A stretch of DNA of 64,000 bases from the NCBI RefSeq assembly GCF_009914755.1, contig NC_060931.1; one strand, 5' to 3'. A program made the position numbers and the translations under genes. The notes beneath the pieces are model-generated. The model ran no database searches, was not told the DNA's origin, and was given only the letters and a program-made list of their open reading frames with translations. Origin of the DNA: the human T2T-CHM13v2.0 reference genome, Homo sapiens. Shown here one piece after another: positions 27,947 through 41,874 of this stretch (positions within the stretch are counted from its first letter, which is position 1; each line of letters opens with the position of its first letter).

Positions 27947-28392
27947 AAGTGTTTAGAGTAACTAAAAAATACTATCCAAAAGACAACTAGTGTGACTACC
28001 GCATGCGTTCTAAATGCTAAAACTGCATTTTGGTATTAAAAGCAGGGTAATCATAACATAAAACTGGGCTTTCTCTCGCAAGACCTCTAGTTCTATCACC
28101 ACATTCCCTAATTCTGAAAATTCTGAGACATTTCTGGAACTCCCTCTTCACTGCTGCATTGCATCAGCCACTTTGCTTCCCCTCCTGATTCCGTTAGTGG
28201 TTTGCTGCTTCTTACTACCAGCACTGAAAGGAGCAATGAGGCTTCGCGAGTTCCATGATGGCACTGACTGCGATGTTGGCGAGAGCTGGTGCCCTGCTGC
28301 TGGGAGCTGGTGCCCCACTGTTCCTGCGGTCCCCTGTGGTCCACATCACAAGATTGAATGATCCTGGAAGGTGTCTTCATCTTATCCAAATA
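27947..28392 (-). pseudogene. Fossil exon, 446 nt: YLDKMKTPSRIIQSCDVDHRGPQEQWGTSSQQQGTSSRQH.. / frameshift / FSELGNVVIELEVLREKAQFYVMITLLLIPKCSFSI*NACGSHTSCLLDSIF*LL*TL
   Basis: Acceptor gattacttttag; about 94 open codons (ORF 28108..28389); donor CTT|gtaagt. Confidence 0.6.
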
Positions 28393-28585
28393 CTAAAAGT
28401 AATCACTCATTAACAAATTAATTCAACTAGTTATCAATGTATTTAACACATAATTATTTAGCATTCACTAGCCCTGTCATAGGCTCTAGGCAAGAGGTCA
28501 ACTAAGCAGATAAGGTCTTTGAAAACAAATTCTTGTGGCAACAAAGGCTGTGAAAATTAGAGTCCAACGTTCTTTTAATTTTCAC

Positions 28586-29258
28586 CTGGTTTGTATTTCA
28601 AACACCTCACTCTGATGTAGGCATAAATACACGTGATTATGCCACAAGGGAATCTCAAACATTTAATACAGTGTTCAGAAATGTCTTGTTCTGCTTCCCT
28701 TTGACTTTAAATACATGAGTTCATCTACATCCTACCCTTTGCCATTGGTATTAACTTTTCCCCATAAGCTTTGGTCACTAGTAGGGGCTGAACGCTTCAA
28801 TCCATATTCCCATCTCTCCCAGACCAAGATGTGTCTGGAATATTCCAGGGAACGCAGTTCAGTTTTTATTAAAATGGGGTCCTTATTACAAGTGGTATAG
28901 TGGAACAATTTCAATAATTAGATGGAAAAATACTAAATACAAAATCTGATATTTTACATTTAGAGTAATCCATGTGTTCTAGGCAAAGAATCAGAAATCA
29001 CCACCTGGAAATTCCTTTAAAAAAATCAAATTTTTTTGAATATTCTCATCAAAATCAGAAGCTAATTGCAGAGGGGTAAAAAGAAAATCAACTTCCGATG
29101 TTCATTTTGCAACAGTAAATATCTTAAATATAGAAACAGTCAACCAAAGCGAATGTGGTCCAAGAACCCCATGCATATTCCAAACGATTAGCATATGAAA
29201 GCCACAAAAGGAGATCTAAATTATGTAATTTATTTGATATAATACCCGAATTCCTATG
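28586..29258 (-). pseudogene. Fossil large exon, 3' boundary uncertain: IGIRVLYQINYII*..SEVDFLFTPLQLASDFDENIQKNLIFLKEFPGGDF..AFPGIFQTHLGLGEMGIWIEAFSPY
   Basis: Acceptor ttttggcaccttttgcag; one frame protein-like over about 170 codons with scattered stops; candidate donor CAG|gtgaaa. Confidence 0.5.
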
Positions 29259-29937
29259 CTGCAAAAGGTGCCAAAACATAATATTTATTATGATAAGGAT
29301 GTAGTGAATTATTGCAATTAGTGATTGTTAAGCTTAATTTGAATGACCACGTTTGGGAGATTTTAGGAAAGGGTAATGAATCTTCAGTTATGTAGAGTTT
29401 AGGTTATTTTCTAAATCGCATATTCCACTAAAATGAATTATACGTTAAGAAATGACCATGAAAGTAAATTTTATTAGCAATACTTTTAAAAGATATTAAT
29501 TTATATGTTTAGAATAAATGACACATTTATAATAGAATGATGACTACCAGTATGAAAAGGCGTAATATATTCATCATGCACAGTGAACAAAGAAAAGGTT
29601 AAAATTGTCATTAGGAATTTCTTTTTGGCAAGGGCTTTATGCTTTCACTCACAACATATACTTTTAGAATGTTATGGGGAACTCGTCAATTTATTCCTAA
29701 CGTTTTAGAATAAAATATTTTAGTAGTACTAAAATTAATATGGCCCTGGAAAATAAATGCACTTTGCCTTTATTATTAGGTAGAAGGTAATGAATAGCCA
29801 TTAATCAGAATTTATATCTCATAACTCCTAACACTGATAAAAAATATTAGGACATATTCTAAATGGATGAACAAATTACATTTTCTTTTATAAAATATAG
29901 CCTGTAGTTTTGGAAAAATAAAATGTTAAAGTTTTAC

Positions 29938-30063
29938 CGTAGCGACTATTGCCATTTCTTGAAAATGTTGTCAATTTAAAAATTCAAATAATCACTGTGG
30001 TCAAATCGGCTTCAACTGTTACGCTTTTTATTTCAAGTTCCACTCTCTTAGTTAGGTGATTTC
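29938..30063 (-). pseudogene. Fossil exon, 126 nt: NHLTKRVELEIKSVTVEADLTTVII*IFKLTTFSRNGNSRY
   Basis: Acceptor aattattttag; donor ACG|gtaaaa; one TGA. Confidence 0.55.
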
Positions 30064-30964
30064 CTAAAATAATTTTACAGAGGCAAGAATATGAGTCCTA
30101 TGCGGTTTTGACTAATCTGAATTATGTAATTGATATGACTGATAACGACTGAAGAAAACAATTTTCAGGCTAGCAACTGGAACTCCAGGAAAAATTTTAC
30201 TGTCCCAGTCCATAATTTCACTAAATTAGCTCTTTAGTCCTTCTTGACTCTGAGGCCATAGTTCCTCTTCCTCCTTTTCACTTCCCCTCTTCAATATTAT
30301 GATATTTGTATGGGGATAGTGTCTACCTAGAGATCTTGCCATTGACCCTTTTCACAATCGTATCTTGAAATCTCCTACTTCAAAATTTGCTTCTTAAAAA
30401 ATTTAGAGATCTTCCCATGAACCCCTCAGTTTAATTGTAAAATGTTAGCTTTTCTTATCCTAGTAGCCCCCAGTGTATCCCTCTGTTGAGTCATCTTAAC
30501 TAGACACCAATAAGATTGTAAATACATTAAAATAATTTCTATGTACTATTTGATTTTATATCTCATTGAAGTGTTCAGGAGGTATTGAGTGCTAAATGTA
30601 ATTAATATGATTGAATGAATGAATGAGACGTGGCTTGCCACTGCTTTGGTCTTTCTCTTCCTTTGCTTTTTCAGAATCTCTTGAAGCTGCCCTCTAATGC
30701 TCATCCTTGTTCTTTTGGGAGAGCTCTTTCTCTTCCTCTATTTTAAATGTTCATGTTTCCAAGATTCCTATTTTAACCAAGTTCTTTTATTCAGCTGTTT
30801 GTACTGTCTTTTTATCTCACTCATTCTCATCCCTTCATTTTCTACCTAAGATGAACCAAATTTTACAGGCATAATTTCCTTTCTATCTCCAGGCTATTAT
30901 TCTTACCTTCCCAGTAGACATCTCCAAAACCAAAATAACTTCCTCTTTCTGTGGATCATAACCC

Positions 30965-31372
30965 TTGCCACGGGTTGGCTTTTCTAGAAAGCACACTCTA
31001 AGGCAGAGGTTAAGAAGCAAGACATTTGAATGACAGTGTCTTTGGGATCTGTCGCTGCAGAAGGGATGAAAAGAGCAGGTGTAGCCAGAGAGGGAAACTA
31101 ACCTGTGATTCGGTCCTGACAACAGCACTGGCCAATGACAATGAGGAGTTTGGAGCTTAAGTGAGCAGTTTTCCTGAGTGGAGTCAGGATGGTCAGAGCT
31201 TCGTAACTCCTCTCAGTCATTGCAGGTGAGTCATCTGAGGAAGACCTTGACTCTCTGATGAGGCAATCCCTGAAAGGATGACAGCTGCAGTCTATCTTCT
31301 GAGCACATTCCCAGCAGTTGGATTAATTTATCCTCAAAGGTAAAACTGGAGAGTGCCTCCAATGTCCATCAC
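30965..31372 (-). mobile_element. LTR33-family solo LTR
   Basis: gaggcaatccctgaaaggatgacagctg. Confidence 0.7.
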
Positions 31373-34300
31373 GCCACTCATATTTTGTTTCTAGGCAATA
31401 AAACACATTATGATTCCCTAGAGTATCCCATTTCCTAATTCTGGCTTCACATACATCTAACTCACTGTTGAGTCTACATAGTAAGGATTACATGTTTGTG
31501 TTCCTAAATAAGTGTTTATTTCAGTACAGTTTCAGACTTACAGAAAAATTGGAAAGTTAGTACAGATAAGTTTTGTGTAGAGAATGTGCCCTAGAAACAG
31601 AGACTATAGGAGTGGATCACCAATATGAGAAAGGCCAGAGACATCAATGTTGCTCAACACCAGTTTTCTCTATGAGCACCATTTTATATTAATATGGCAC
31701 ATTTGATACAATTAATAAAAAATCAAACCATTACTGTTAAATAAAGTTCATACTTTATTCAGATATTCAGATAAAATCCTTAGATTTTACCTTAATTTTT
31801 TGGTTCCAGTATCTCATTCGATATACTGCATCACAATTAGCAGTGACCTCTCCCTAATTCTTGGATGTGACAGATTCTCAGATGACTTTTCTTTGATGAA
31901 CTTGAAAAGTTTAAAGATTATTTATTAGATATCTTGTAGAATATTCCTCAATAGGAATTTTTCTCTGTTTACCTTATGATTAGACTGGGGTTGCTGGTTT
32001 TTTGGTGGGAAGACCACAGAGGTAAAGTGCCATTTTCTCTCATCATAGGAAGGGTGCATACTACCACATGACTCATCACTGTTGGTATTAACCACGTTCA
32101 TCTGATTGAAAGAGTGTTTGTGAGGCTTCCACAGGGGAAGGTTGACCCTTTTCTCCTCTTTCTATATTAAACTCTTTGGAGGGTATTCAGTCACTACTCA
32201 TAGCACACTCTTAAAGAGTGAGAAATTATTCTCTACCTTGAAAGTGGAGTATCCACACATATTGCTTACTTATATATAGAGTCTATGTAAGTAAATAATG
32301 AGATAAATAAAAATGAGGGAAAATGTAGAACTCCTTCACAGAGGAATTCCAAGTAATACATGTGGATATTCCCCTTTCATATGATAGATTATAATTCATC
32401 ACTGCTTTATGTGTTTTGTTGCTCACATAGCTCCAGCCTCGGTCATGACAGCTCTTTCAGTAGGCTCCTGAGTAACTCTGACATATGACAGTCGCCGTAA
32501 GATTTTTAATCACTTCAGTAATTTCTTGCGCCGCAACGTGATACAGACTCATTTTATGTATTTCCTGCACAAGTCTTAGAATCAGGTATATCTTTCAGGA
32601 GCCCAGGTTACTTTAATGGAGAATGGTTTTAGATGCCAATAGCTGGGCAGGAGGTGTTCTCATTGTTGCTGGGGCTTTGTTGCTTGTAAGCACTCTCTGC
32701 TAACAGAGCAAGGAGATGCATGTGAGTATTCTAACCCATACGCTTACACATAAACATTTCCACACATAGCTATGTGTATGTATATTAAGCTACAGAAAAG
32801 TTTATACTGCTGTCTCCAACGCTGTTTCATTGCCATAGAGATCATTCTAGCTGCATCTCCTTGCTAATCTATGACCTCCCTCTCCAACTTTAGGAAGTCT
32901 GGCCCCCACCGTCAGCCATTTACTTATTTAAATGTTCAATTTCCGTGTACATATATAGTGTTTTTAGAATTGTTACCCTATACTCCTATGGAGTCGGGCG
33001 AACTTTGTCAACTAGACTGCAGTGATCATACGCACTTTTGACCTTACAGACTCCACTCATTTGAAAAGTTTCTAGATCAGCACCCTTTTTCCCCATGTTT
33101 TTCATTGAGGATGTTACAAACGATTACATTGTTGTCCCATTTTGCATTCCATTCTGGATCCCCCAACCTCCTAAATGATTTATTTTTAGTTTGTATATAT
33201 TAAAATTCACTCTTTGTTCTATAAACTTCTATGGTTTTTGAAACATGCATACTGTCATGCATCTCTCATTAAAGTACCACATGGAATAGTTTCACAATAA
33301 TAGAAAGTCTCCTGTACTTCACCTCTTCAACCCTCCTGTCCTCTTCCTGATCCGCTAGCAGACTGGCTTTTTTGAGTTAACAGTATGCATTTAAGATTCA
33401 TCCATTATGGCTTGATAGCTCATTTATTTTTATTGTTGAATAAAATTCCATTGTATAATTGTGTTAAAGTTCAATTTATTCATATTTTGAAAGACATCTT
33501 AGTTTTCAGTTTTTGGTAACCAAGAATAAAGTTGTCATAAACATTCACTGGCAGGTTTTTGTGCAAACACAAATTTTTATATCAGTTGAGTAAATACGTA
33601 GGAATACAATTGATAGATCACACAGTAAGTTTATGTTTAGCTTTGTAAGAAACTGTTAAATTGTTTTCCAAAGTGGATGTACCATGTTGCATTCTACAAA
33701 TAATGAGAGTTCCTATTACTCTGAATATTTGCAAGAAATTACTATTTTTTTTTAATTTTAGCCATTCTACTGTCTAGAGGTAACTCGTTGTTTAATTTTG
33801 CAGTACTTTAATGACAAATGAGGCTGAGAATCATTTCATAGGTTTCTTTGACATATGTATATTTCTTTTGGTGAGGTGTCTGCTTAGAATGTGTTCCTAT
33901 TTTTTTAAATTTCTTTGCCTTATTATTATTAACTTTGAAAAGCTCTTTAAATAGTTTAAATTCAAGTCCTTTACCAGATATGTGTTTTGAAAATATCTTT
34001 TCTCAGTCTGCAACTTATCTTTACCTTCTCTTAACAATGTATTGTGTTGCAGAAATATTTAATCACAATAAAGACCAACTTAAAATTTCTTATTCCATGA
34101 GTAATGCTTTTAGTGTTTTACGTGAAATTCATTACCTAACCCAAAAGTCTCATATATATTTTCCTGTTTTCTCTAGAAGTTTTATGTTTTTGCATTTTAT
34201 TTTTACTTCAATGATCCCTTTTCAGTTAATTTTTGTGAAGGGCGTAAGCTCTGTGTCTAGGTTCATTTACATATTTTTTTGCATGTGGATGTCCAATTAT

Positions 34301-37229
34301 CCCAGTACTATTTGTCGTAAATACTATACTTCCGTTGATTAACTGACTTTGCACATTTGTCACAGATAAGTCGTTTGTGTGGCTTTAATCCCAAGCTCCC
34401 TATTTTGTTTTACAGATTTACGTGTTTATTCTGTACACCATTGTGTTCAATACTGTAGCTTTACAGCAAGTCTTAACACAAGGTAGAAAGCCAGCTTTGT
34501 TCTTCTTCAGCATTGTGTTGGTTAATTTAGGACATTTGACATTCCATATAGACTTTATAATTAATTTGTCAATATCTATAAAATAACTTGCTGGAATTTT
34601 AATATTGTTTTGATTTTATAAAGTCGACAATAATCAACATCTTAACAATATTTTACCTTCTAATTCACAATCATGCAATATCTTTCCATTTACTTAGATA
34701 TTCTTTGATTTTTCATCAGAATTTTGTAATTTTCTTCAACTTGATCATGTATATAGTTTTTCAGATTTATATCAATCATTTATTAATTTGGTGCTAGTGG
34801 AAATGCTATTGAGTTTTATTCAAAATTCTAGTTGTTCACTGTGATTATATGTGAAAGCAATGACATTTGTGTATCAACCTTGTATTTTGCATCTTTGCTA
34901 TAATTATTGGTTTCAGGAATTTATTTATTGATTCATTGTGATTTTCTTCACCGACAATTGTGATCTATGAAAACAGACAGTTTCACTTTGCCTTCTTATC
35001 TATATAGCTTTCATTTCCTTGTTTTGTCTCAATGCACTAGCTATGACTTCCACTATAATTTTTAATGGGAGTATGAGAGGGAACATCCTTGCCTTGTTGC
35101 AGTCTCAAGGGAGAATTGTCCAGTTTCTCACCATTTAAAACGATTTCAGCTGGAGGTTATATAGATTTTTTTAAGTTAAGGAAATTCCCATTCTATTCCT
35201 ATTTTTGCTGAAAGGCTTTAGTATAAACTGGAAATGCATTTGTCAATTTTTTGCATGTACTGATATAATCATTTGATGTTTTTCCTTTAACCTGTTAAGG
35301 TAGACTTCTTGAATGATTTGTGAATGTTGAACCAGTCATGAATATCTGGCATAATTCCAACTTAGAAATGTGGTATAATTATTTTTATAAATTGTTGGAC
35401 TCCATTTGGTAATATTTTGTTTGGTATTTATGAGTATATTCAAGGGAAATATCAATTTATAGATTTATCTTTCTTGAAATTTCTTTGTCTAATATTGGTA
35501 TTATTGTAATGCTGGCATTGTGGAATGAGTTAGAAATTATTCCCTCTGCTTCTATTTTCTTGCAGGGATTTTAGAAAATGGGTATCATTTCTTCTTTAAA
35601 TTATCAGTATAAATTTAACAGTTAATCCATCTGGAGCTGGCACTTTCTGATTTGGAAGACTATTAACTATTGATTCAATTTATTTAATAGATAATAGGAC
35701 TATACAGATCATCAGTTTTTCCTTGGGTGAATGAGTTTTTGTATATGGGTACTACTGGCTTTATATAAAGTGAAGTGGAAAGTATTCTCTCAGCTCCTTT
35801 CTTTTGAAATAGTTTATGCAAGATTTGTTTTTTTTTTTATTATTGTTATTTTAATGTGTGGTAGGTTTTACCAGCAAAGCCATCTGGGTCTGGGCTTTTA
35901 TTTTGGAGTATTTTTCTGATCATTAATTACAACTTTTTACTTGTTGATTTTTTATTCCAATTTTCTATTTCTTCTTGAGTCACTTTCAGTAGTTTGCGCC
36001 TTTATAGGAATTTCTCCATTTGATCTAGGTTATCTAATTTGTTGGCATACTATTACTCACAGCATTCTTTTATAACTCTTTTTTGGTTCTGTATTGTTAA
36101 AACTAATGGCTCTTCTTTCATTCTTGGCTTTAATAATGTGAACCTTCTCATTTTTTTTCTCCTTGGTCACTCTAGCTAATGGTTACCAATTTTGTTAATT
36201 ATTTCAAAGAACTAATATCTTGTTACACTGATTTTCTCCATTTTTCTATGCCTACTTCATTTATTTCTGCTCTGGATATAATATTTTTCTGCTTTCTACT
36301 TGCTTTGGAATTAGTATGCTATTTTTTTAAGGTGGAAAGTTAGGCTTTTGATTTGAGTTTATTTTAAATTTTAATGTAGGCACTTACAACTATAAATATT
36401 ACTCTAAGTACTCCTTTTTTTGCATCTCATATATTTTTATATGTTACATTTTTTATTTTAATCATATAAAAATATTTTCAGGATTTTCTTGTAATTTTTT
36501 ATTTAACTCAGTGGTGATTTAGAAATGTATTTGTTAATTCATACATATTTGTTAGTTTTTCAAATTTTAACATTTATTAATATTTTTATCTCATTCTATT
36601 GTAGTGGGAATACATACTTTATATAATTTCAATCTTCTCCAATTTATGAAAACATATTACATGGGCTAACATATTGGTCTAACCAGAGAGTATTTTATCT
36701 GTGTTTGTAAAAAATGTGCATTCTGCTGTTCTAGAACAAGAATTTTCTAAACATCTCTTAGGTCAAGTTGGCATATTGCGGTTTATTGTTTAAATTTTCT
36801 GTTTCCTTGTTGATATTTTGCCTAGTTTTTTCTATATACATTACTGAAGATTAGCTATTGCCATCCCCAACTGTTAATGTTTTCTTTTCTACTTTTCCTT
36901 TAATTTTTGTTTAGTGTATTTTAAGTCTCTCTTGTTAGGTGCATATATATTTATATTTTTATGTCTCCTTGATAGACACTTTTTATCATTATGAAATCTT
37001 CATTTCCTTGCTAGTAATTTTTTTTAAAGTTTATTTTGTCTGATATTAGTGTAGCAACTTCTTAGATTATTGTTTGCATGGCATATCTTCTCATTCTTTT
37101 GATTTCAACATATTATATCTTTTTAATGTACATTTCCTTTAGACAGTATATAGTTGTATCATGTTTAATTTATTCTGAGAATCTCTGCCTTTTGGTTAGA
37201 GTTTTTGATCTATTTACATATGTATATAT

Positions 37230-37982
37230 ATGTAGTATTATATGTGTGCGTAATAAAGCTTACCATTTTAAACACTTAAAGTGTATATTTCAGTGGCATT
37301 TAGTGTATTGACAATGTCATTAAATTATTACAGCTCTTTAGTTCTAGAACATTTTCAGCACCGAAAAAGAAACTCCAAACCCATTAAGTAGTCACTCATT
37401 TCTCTTTCGCCTACCCCTTGGACACCACTAATTTGTTTTCTGTCTCTCTAGATTCGCCTTTTCTGAATATTTTTGTATAAATGGCATCTTATGTGGTGTT
37501 TTTTTTGAGGTGGTGAGTACCTGGCTTATTCTTTTGGCTTAATAATGATTTAAGCCTCATCCATGCTGTATCACTTATCAGTATATCATTTCTTTTTTTG
37601 ACTGGATAATATTTAAATTTATGGATATGCCATATTTTGCTTATCCATACATGAGGTGATGGATATTAAGTTGTTTTCTCTTTTCAGTTATTGTGAATAT
37701 TGTTGCTATGAACATTCATGTACAAAGGTTATGTTTGAACATATAAACTTTGATTCTTTTGGGTATAATTATGTGTGTAATTGCAGGATCACGTGTAATT
37801 TTGTTAAACTTTTGAGGAATATTTAAATTGTTTTCTGCAGTGCATGTACTATTTAATATTACCAACAGTAATGTATGCAGGTTCTAACATCTCCACATCC
37901 TCACCAACACATATTATTTTCCATTTCTTTTCTAACTATAGAAATAGTAGGGAATATAAAATGGTCTCTTGTTGTGGGTTTT
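37230..37982 (-). mobile_element. L1MB 3' end
   Basis: ttctagaacattttcagcaccgaaaaagaaactcc..cccattaagtagtcactc. Confidence 0.75.
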
Positions 37983-38272
37983 TGATACACTTGCTGATAC
38001 TAGTGGACTTATATCCACTATTTTACTACTTATTTTTGATACATCTTATGTCTTTTTTTATCCCTCTACTGTTTCCTTCTTTTGTGTTTAATAGATATTT
38101 TCTTTGTGCTATTTTAATTCCCATTTTATTTCCTTCTCTACAAATTTTTACTCAATTTCTTAGTGGTTTTCCTGGGGATTACAACTGATATACTAAGCTA
38201 AACCAGTCAAGTTTAGATTAATAACAATCTTCAAAGGCATACAAAAATGCAAATGTATATAAAAATTAATAA

Positions 38273-38542
38273 CTTTTATTACTATTATACTTTAAGTTCT
38301 GAGGTACATGTGCAGAACATGCAGCTTTGTTACACAGGTACACACGTGCCATGGTGGTTTTCTGCACCCATCAACCCATCATCTACATTAGGTATTTCTC
38401 CTAATGCTATCCCTCCCCAACTCTCCACCCACCGACAGGCCCCAGTATGTGATGTTCCTCTCCCTGCGTCCATGTGTTCTCATTGTTCAACTCCTGCTTA
38501 TGAGTGAAAACGTGCAGTGCTTGGTTTTCTGTTCTTTTGTTT
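38273..38542 (-). mobile_element. L1PA7/8 3' end
   Basis: tatactttaagttctgaggtacatgtgcagaac. Confidence 0.88.
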
Positions 38543-41039
38543 ATAGGTAAATAAATAAATAAATTTCTTGGGAAAAATAAATCAGTTTAAAAGTAAAAAA
38601 TAATACTTAATTTTAAAGGTATACAGAACATTGTTCTATATAATTCTTTTTCTTCTCCGTCCTTTATGTATTATAAAGTCACCAATACATCATCATTATT
38701 GCATTATACAACTATTTTAAAAATAGATAAGTTTAGGAAAGCATTACAAAGAAATACACACTTACATTGTCTTTTACATTTAGCTATGTAGTTACACATG
38801 CCAGTGATCTCTATTATTCTGACTGAATTTGAATTACTGCCTCATGTTCTTTCATTTAAAACTGAAGAATTTTTTGTAAGGCATGTCTGCTAGCAATTAT
38901 TTATTTCAGTTAATGTTTATCTGAGAATGGCTTAACTAATCTTCATTTCTGAAAGATAGTTTTGTAGTTCATAAAATTCTTTGTTGAGGATCTTCAATTT
39001 CAGCAGTTTGAACATGCTTTCCCACTAATTTCTGCACTGCGTAGTTATTGATGACAATTCAGCAGTTAGTCTTACTGACTATTTCTTGGATGTGACTAGT
39101 TTCTCTTTTCTGCTTAAAGATTGTATCTTTATCTTTGGCTTCAAAGAGTTGGATTATGATATTTCTAAGCACAAATCTCTGAGTTTGTTCTATTTGGAGT
39201 GTGTTGAATTTCTGAGATGAGTAGATGACTGATTTTTATCAATTTTGAATAATTTGGTCATTACTTCTTATCATTTTCTCTCTGAACCTTTCTCTTTACT
39301 CCTCCAGGATACCCATTTTGTGTAACTTAATATGCTTGATGGTTCTCCATGTGTGGCTGGCTCTGCGAATATTTATTTCTTTCTCTTTTTCAGACTAGAT
39401 AATCTCACAACTATCTGCAAGTTTGTTGATTATTTATTCTGCCAACTTAAATCTGCTATTTATCTCCCGCAGATAATTTTTTTTTAATTTCATGCATTGT
39501 ACTTTTCAATTAAAAAATTGCTCTTTGGTAATTTGTATAATTTACAAATTATTATTTATACTCTATTTGGTGAGATTTAATTTTCATACTTTTCTTCAGT
39601 TTTTAGACATGGTTTCCTTTAGTTTTCAACATCTTTATTGTAATAGATGAATAACAGACTGTGTTTAGTAAGCAATGTCTGGGCTTCCTTAAGAACAGTC
39701 ATTGGCCAAACTTCTCTGCTTACATGAATGTCTAATAATTTTGTTGTTCATATGTTGAAAACTGGACTTTAAAAATAACAAAATATGGCAGTTTTGGAAG
39801 TCAGATTATTCCCTCTTTCCTGATGTTTGTTATTTACTCCCTCGTTTCAGATGTATGTTGTTGCTGCACGTTGCTATTGCTGTTGTTGTGCTGATGTTAT
39901 TGTTGTATAGTACCTGAATGACTTCTGTAAATTCTGTATTCTTTGTTATATATCTCCACTGCAATCTCTGCTTAGCTAGCTTATTGGGACAGAGATTTTC
40001 TAGATACCTACAACCTATGTCCCTCAGTCTTTGCCAAACGGCTGCATGTGTGTTTTGGACACATCTCCAGTGATTTTGCAGGCATTTAAAACTCGAATGA
40101 CTCATTTTCTGTTTGTGCTAAGCCTCAAGGTCAGTAAGCTGTGAGAATGTAGACCCTTCTCTGACTTTTCCTTGTCATCCACACAGCCCTGTATATTTGT
40201 GAGGCTTTCTAGGGTCTCAGGAGTATTTTAGAGATTTTCAAAATCTCCTATGGTCTTTGAATTATCCCCTCTACTTTTCCTTTTAATTTTACTCACAAAC
40301 TTTCGGTTTGCCCCAGTTGTCATTGTCACCTGAGGAAACTGTGGTTGACTTGTGGTTTTTTGTTTGTTTGTTTTTTGTTTTGTTTTGTTTTAAACAAAAG
40401 CCCAAGATAAATCTGTTTACCTTGATCAGGTCAAATAAAACCAATCCCTGTGACAGGAGGTTCTAGGCATCTGACAACCAGGTAAAATGCTGAAAATTAT
40501 CTGAGAATTGTCTTTCAAGGAATCCAAACCCATTCAACCCCTAGAGAGTTTGTTAGCTGGCTGGTTCTCTTGAGTGTCATGATGGGGAGGCTGCTGGTTT
40601 TCAAGGCTACCACACAATTGAGGAAAGATGGAAAGGAATACACCAAGTTTACAATGCTATAACCCTCGCTTTTCTTACCAAGATCCTGCCATTTTTCTTG
40701 AATACACTTTTGGGAGATTGATGCAAGCCTTTAGATAATTTTGAGAGTTTGAAATTTTTATTTTGTCAATTTTTACCAGCGTTTTCATAGCTCTTTTGGA
40801 AGAATAGATTTTTGAATGTCCTTATTCTGCTAGTCCAGAGTGCTTACTCTGCTAGCCTTGTTTACTCCATATCTAACTTCGCCTAAAAATGTTTTGTCGT
40901 TCTCATTCAAATGATATGTCACCTGAATGAATAGAAGATTCTTGATTATGTTTAATTAATTATTAGAACACAGCTGGTAATTAATGATGTAATATATAGT
41001 TTTACTTATATCATTGGTAACTTAAAATGTTGAAAACAA

Positions 41040-41300
41040 TAAAAATAATAGTAGCTGCCATTTATTGAGTTCTTACTATACACCAGAACTTATATTAATT
41101 CATTTGCTTATATACTTTAGTACTTAACATGCTTATTATAACATTAACATATAAGGCTCATCCCAGAGGAGATGAAAAATGGAGGCTGACAGACTATAAA
41201 CTTTTGTGATTCAACATAGATAGAAAGTGTGGACGTTAAAATGAGCTTCTGACCCTGTCTTAGTTCAAAGCCTATGCTTTAATAAGTGCCCTTTACTGTC
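41040..41300 (-). mobile_element. MIR
   Basis: gccatttattgagttcttactat..gagatgaaaaatggaggct. Confidence 0.55.
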
Positions 41301-41760
41301 CCTCCACTGATTAATGACTTGAGCTTTCCAAAGGGAAAGGTTTTTAGCATAAAAACTATTGATTTTTTCTCTTTTGATTAAGTTTAGTTAAATCCATACT
41401 TAAGTGGTAGCATGGCACAGTATTAAGAGATATGAAGAGGAATAAGGAAACTTCTAGTTCAAATCTCCTGTCAACATCTAACCATAGGAGTGAGGCTGTG
41501 AGCAACAGAATAACTGAAACAAAATGCCATTTTAGTTAGTTCAGAAAAATAAGTTCCTTCTTGAATATACATCAGTGGAAGCCAGTGCATTCTTTGTTCG
41601 AATTATCTAGAATTGCCACATTTTCAAGAAGTTTAAAAGTGCATTTTTTTCATTTCTTTATATTCAAAGAACCATATTACTGGGTAATATTTATAAAGCA
41701 ATCAGCAGGCATCAGCTGGGATTTTGCTGATTAATTTTGGATAAGCTGCAATAACATTAC

Positions 41761-41874
41761 TGGCTATTTAAGGGTGAGACTCCACATGAAGCATTATTAA
41801 GATTTCTTAACTCTGTTGGAGTCCTACAACTCCCAGTAGTGTTTATATACATCTAGCTTCGTCTTTTTCTCTAT
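41761..41874 (-). pseudogene. Weak candidate fossil exon, 114 nt
   Basis: Acceptor tattacatacag; donor CCA|gtaatg; needs a frameshift to stay open. Confidence 0.3.

Larger units (their letters stand above)
31510..40850 (-). mobile_element. Near full-length old L1 (L1MC3/L1MD-type), with nested L1MB and L1PA
   Basis: Continuous 3' UTR, antisense ORF2 and ORF1, and a 5' UTR-like end. Confidence 0.8.

Noticed and set aside
27990-28380. Decayed CpG-island promoter (NRF1-, TCTCGCGAGA- and ZNF143-like motifs)
   Set aside because: All motifs are imperfect; the region is better explained as an internal minus-strand exon with acceptor, open frame and gtaagt donor.
33935-38507. Hydrophobic ORFs of 60-135 aa
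   Set aside because: Antisense L1 read-through; T-rich composition produces F/L/I-rich ORFs.
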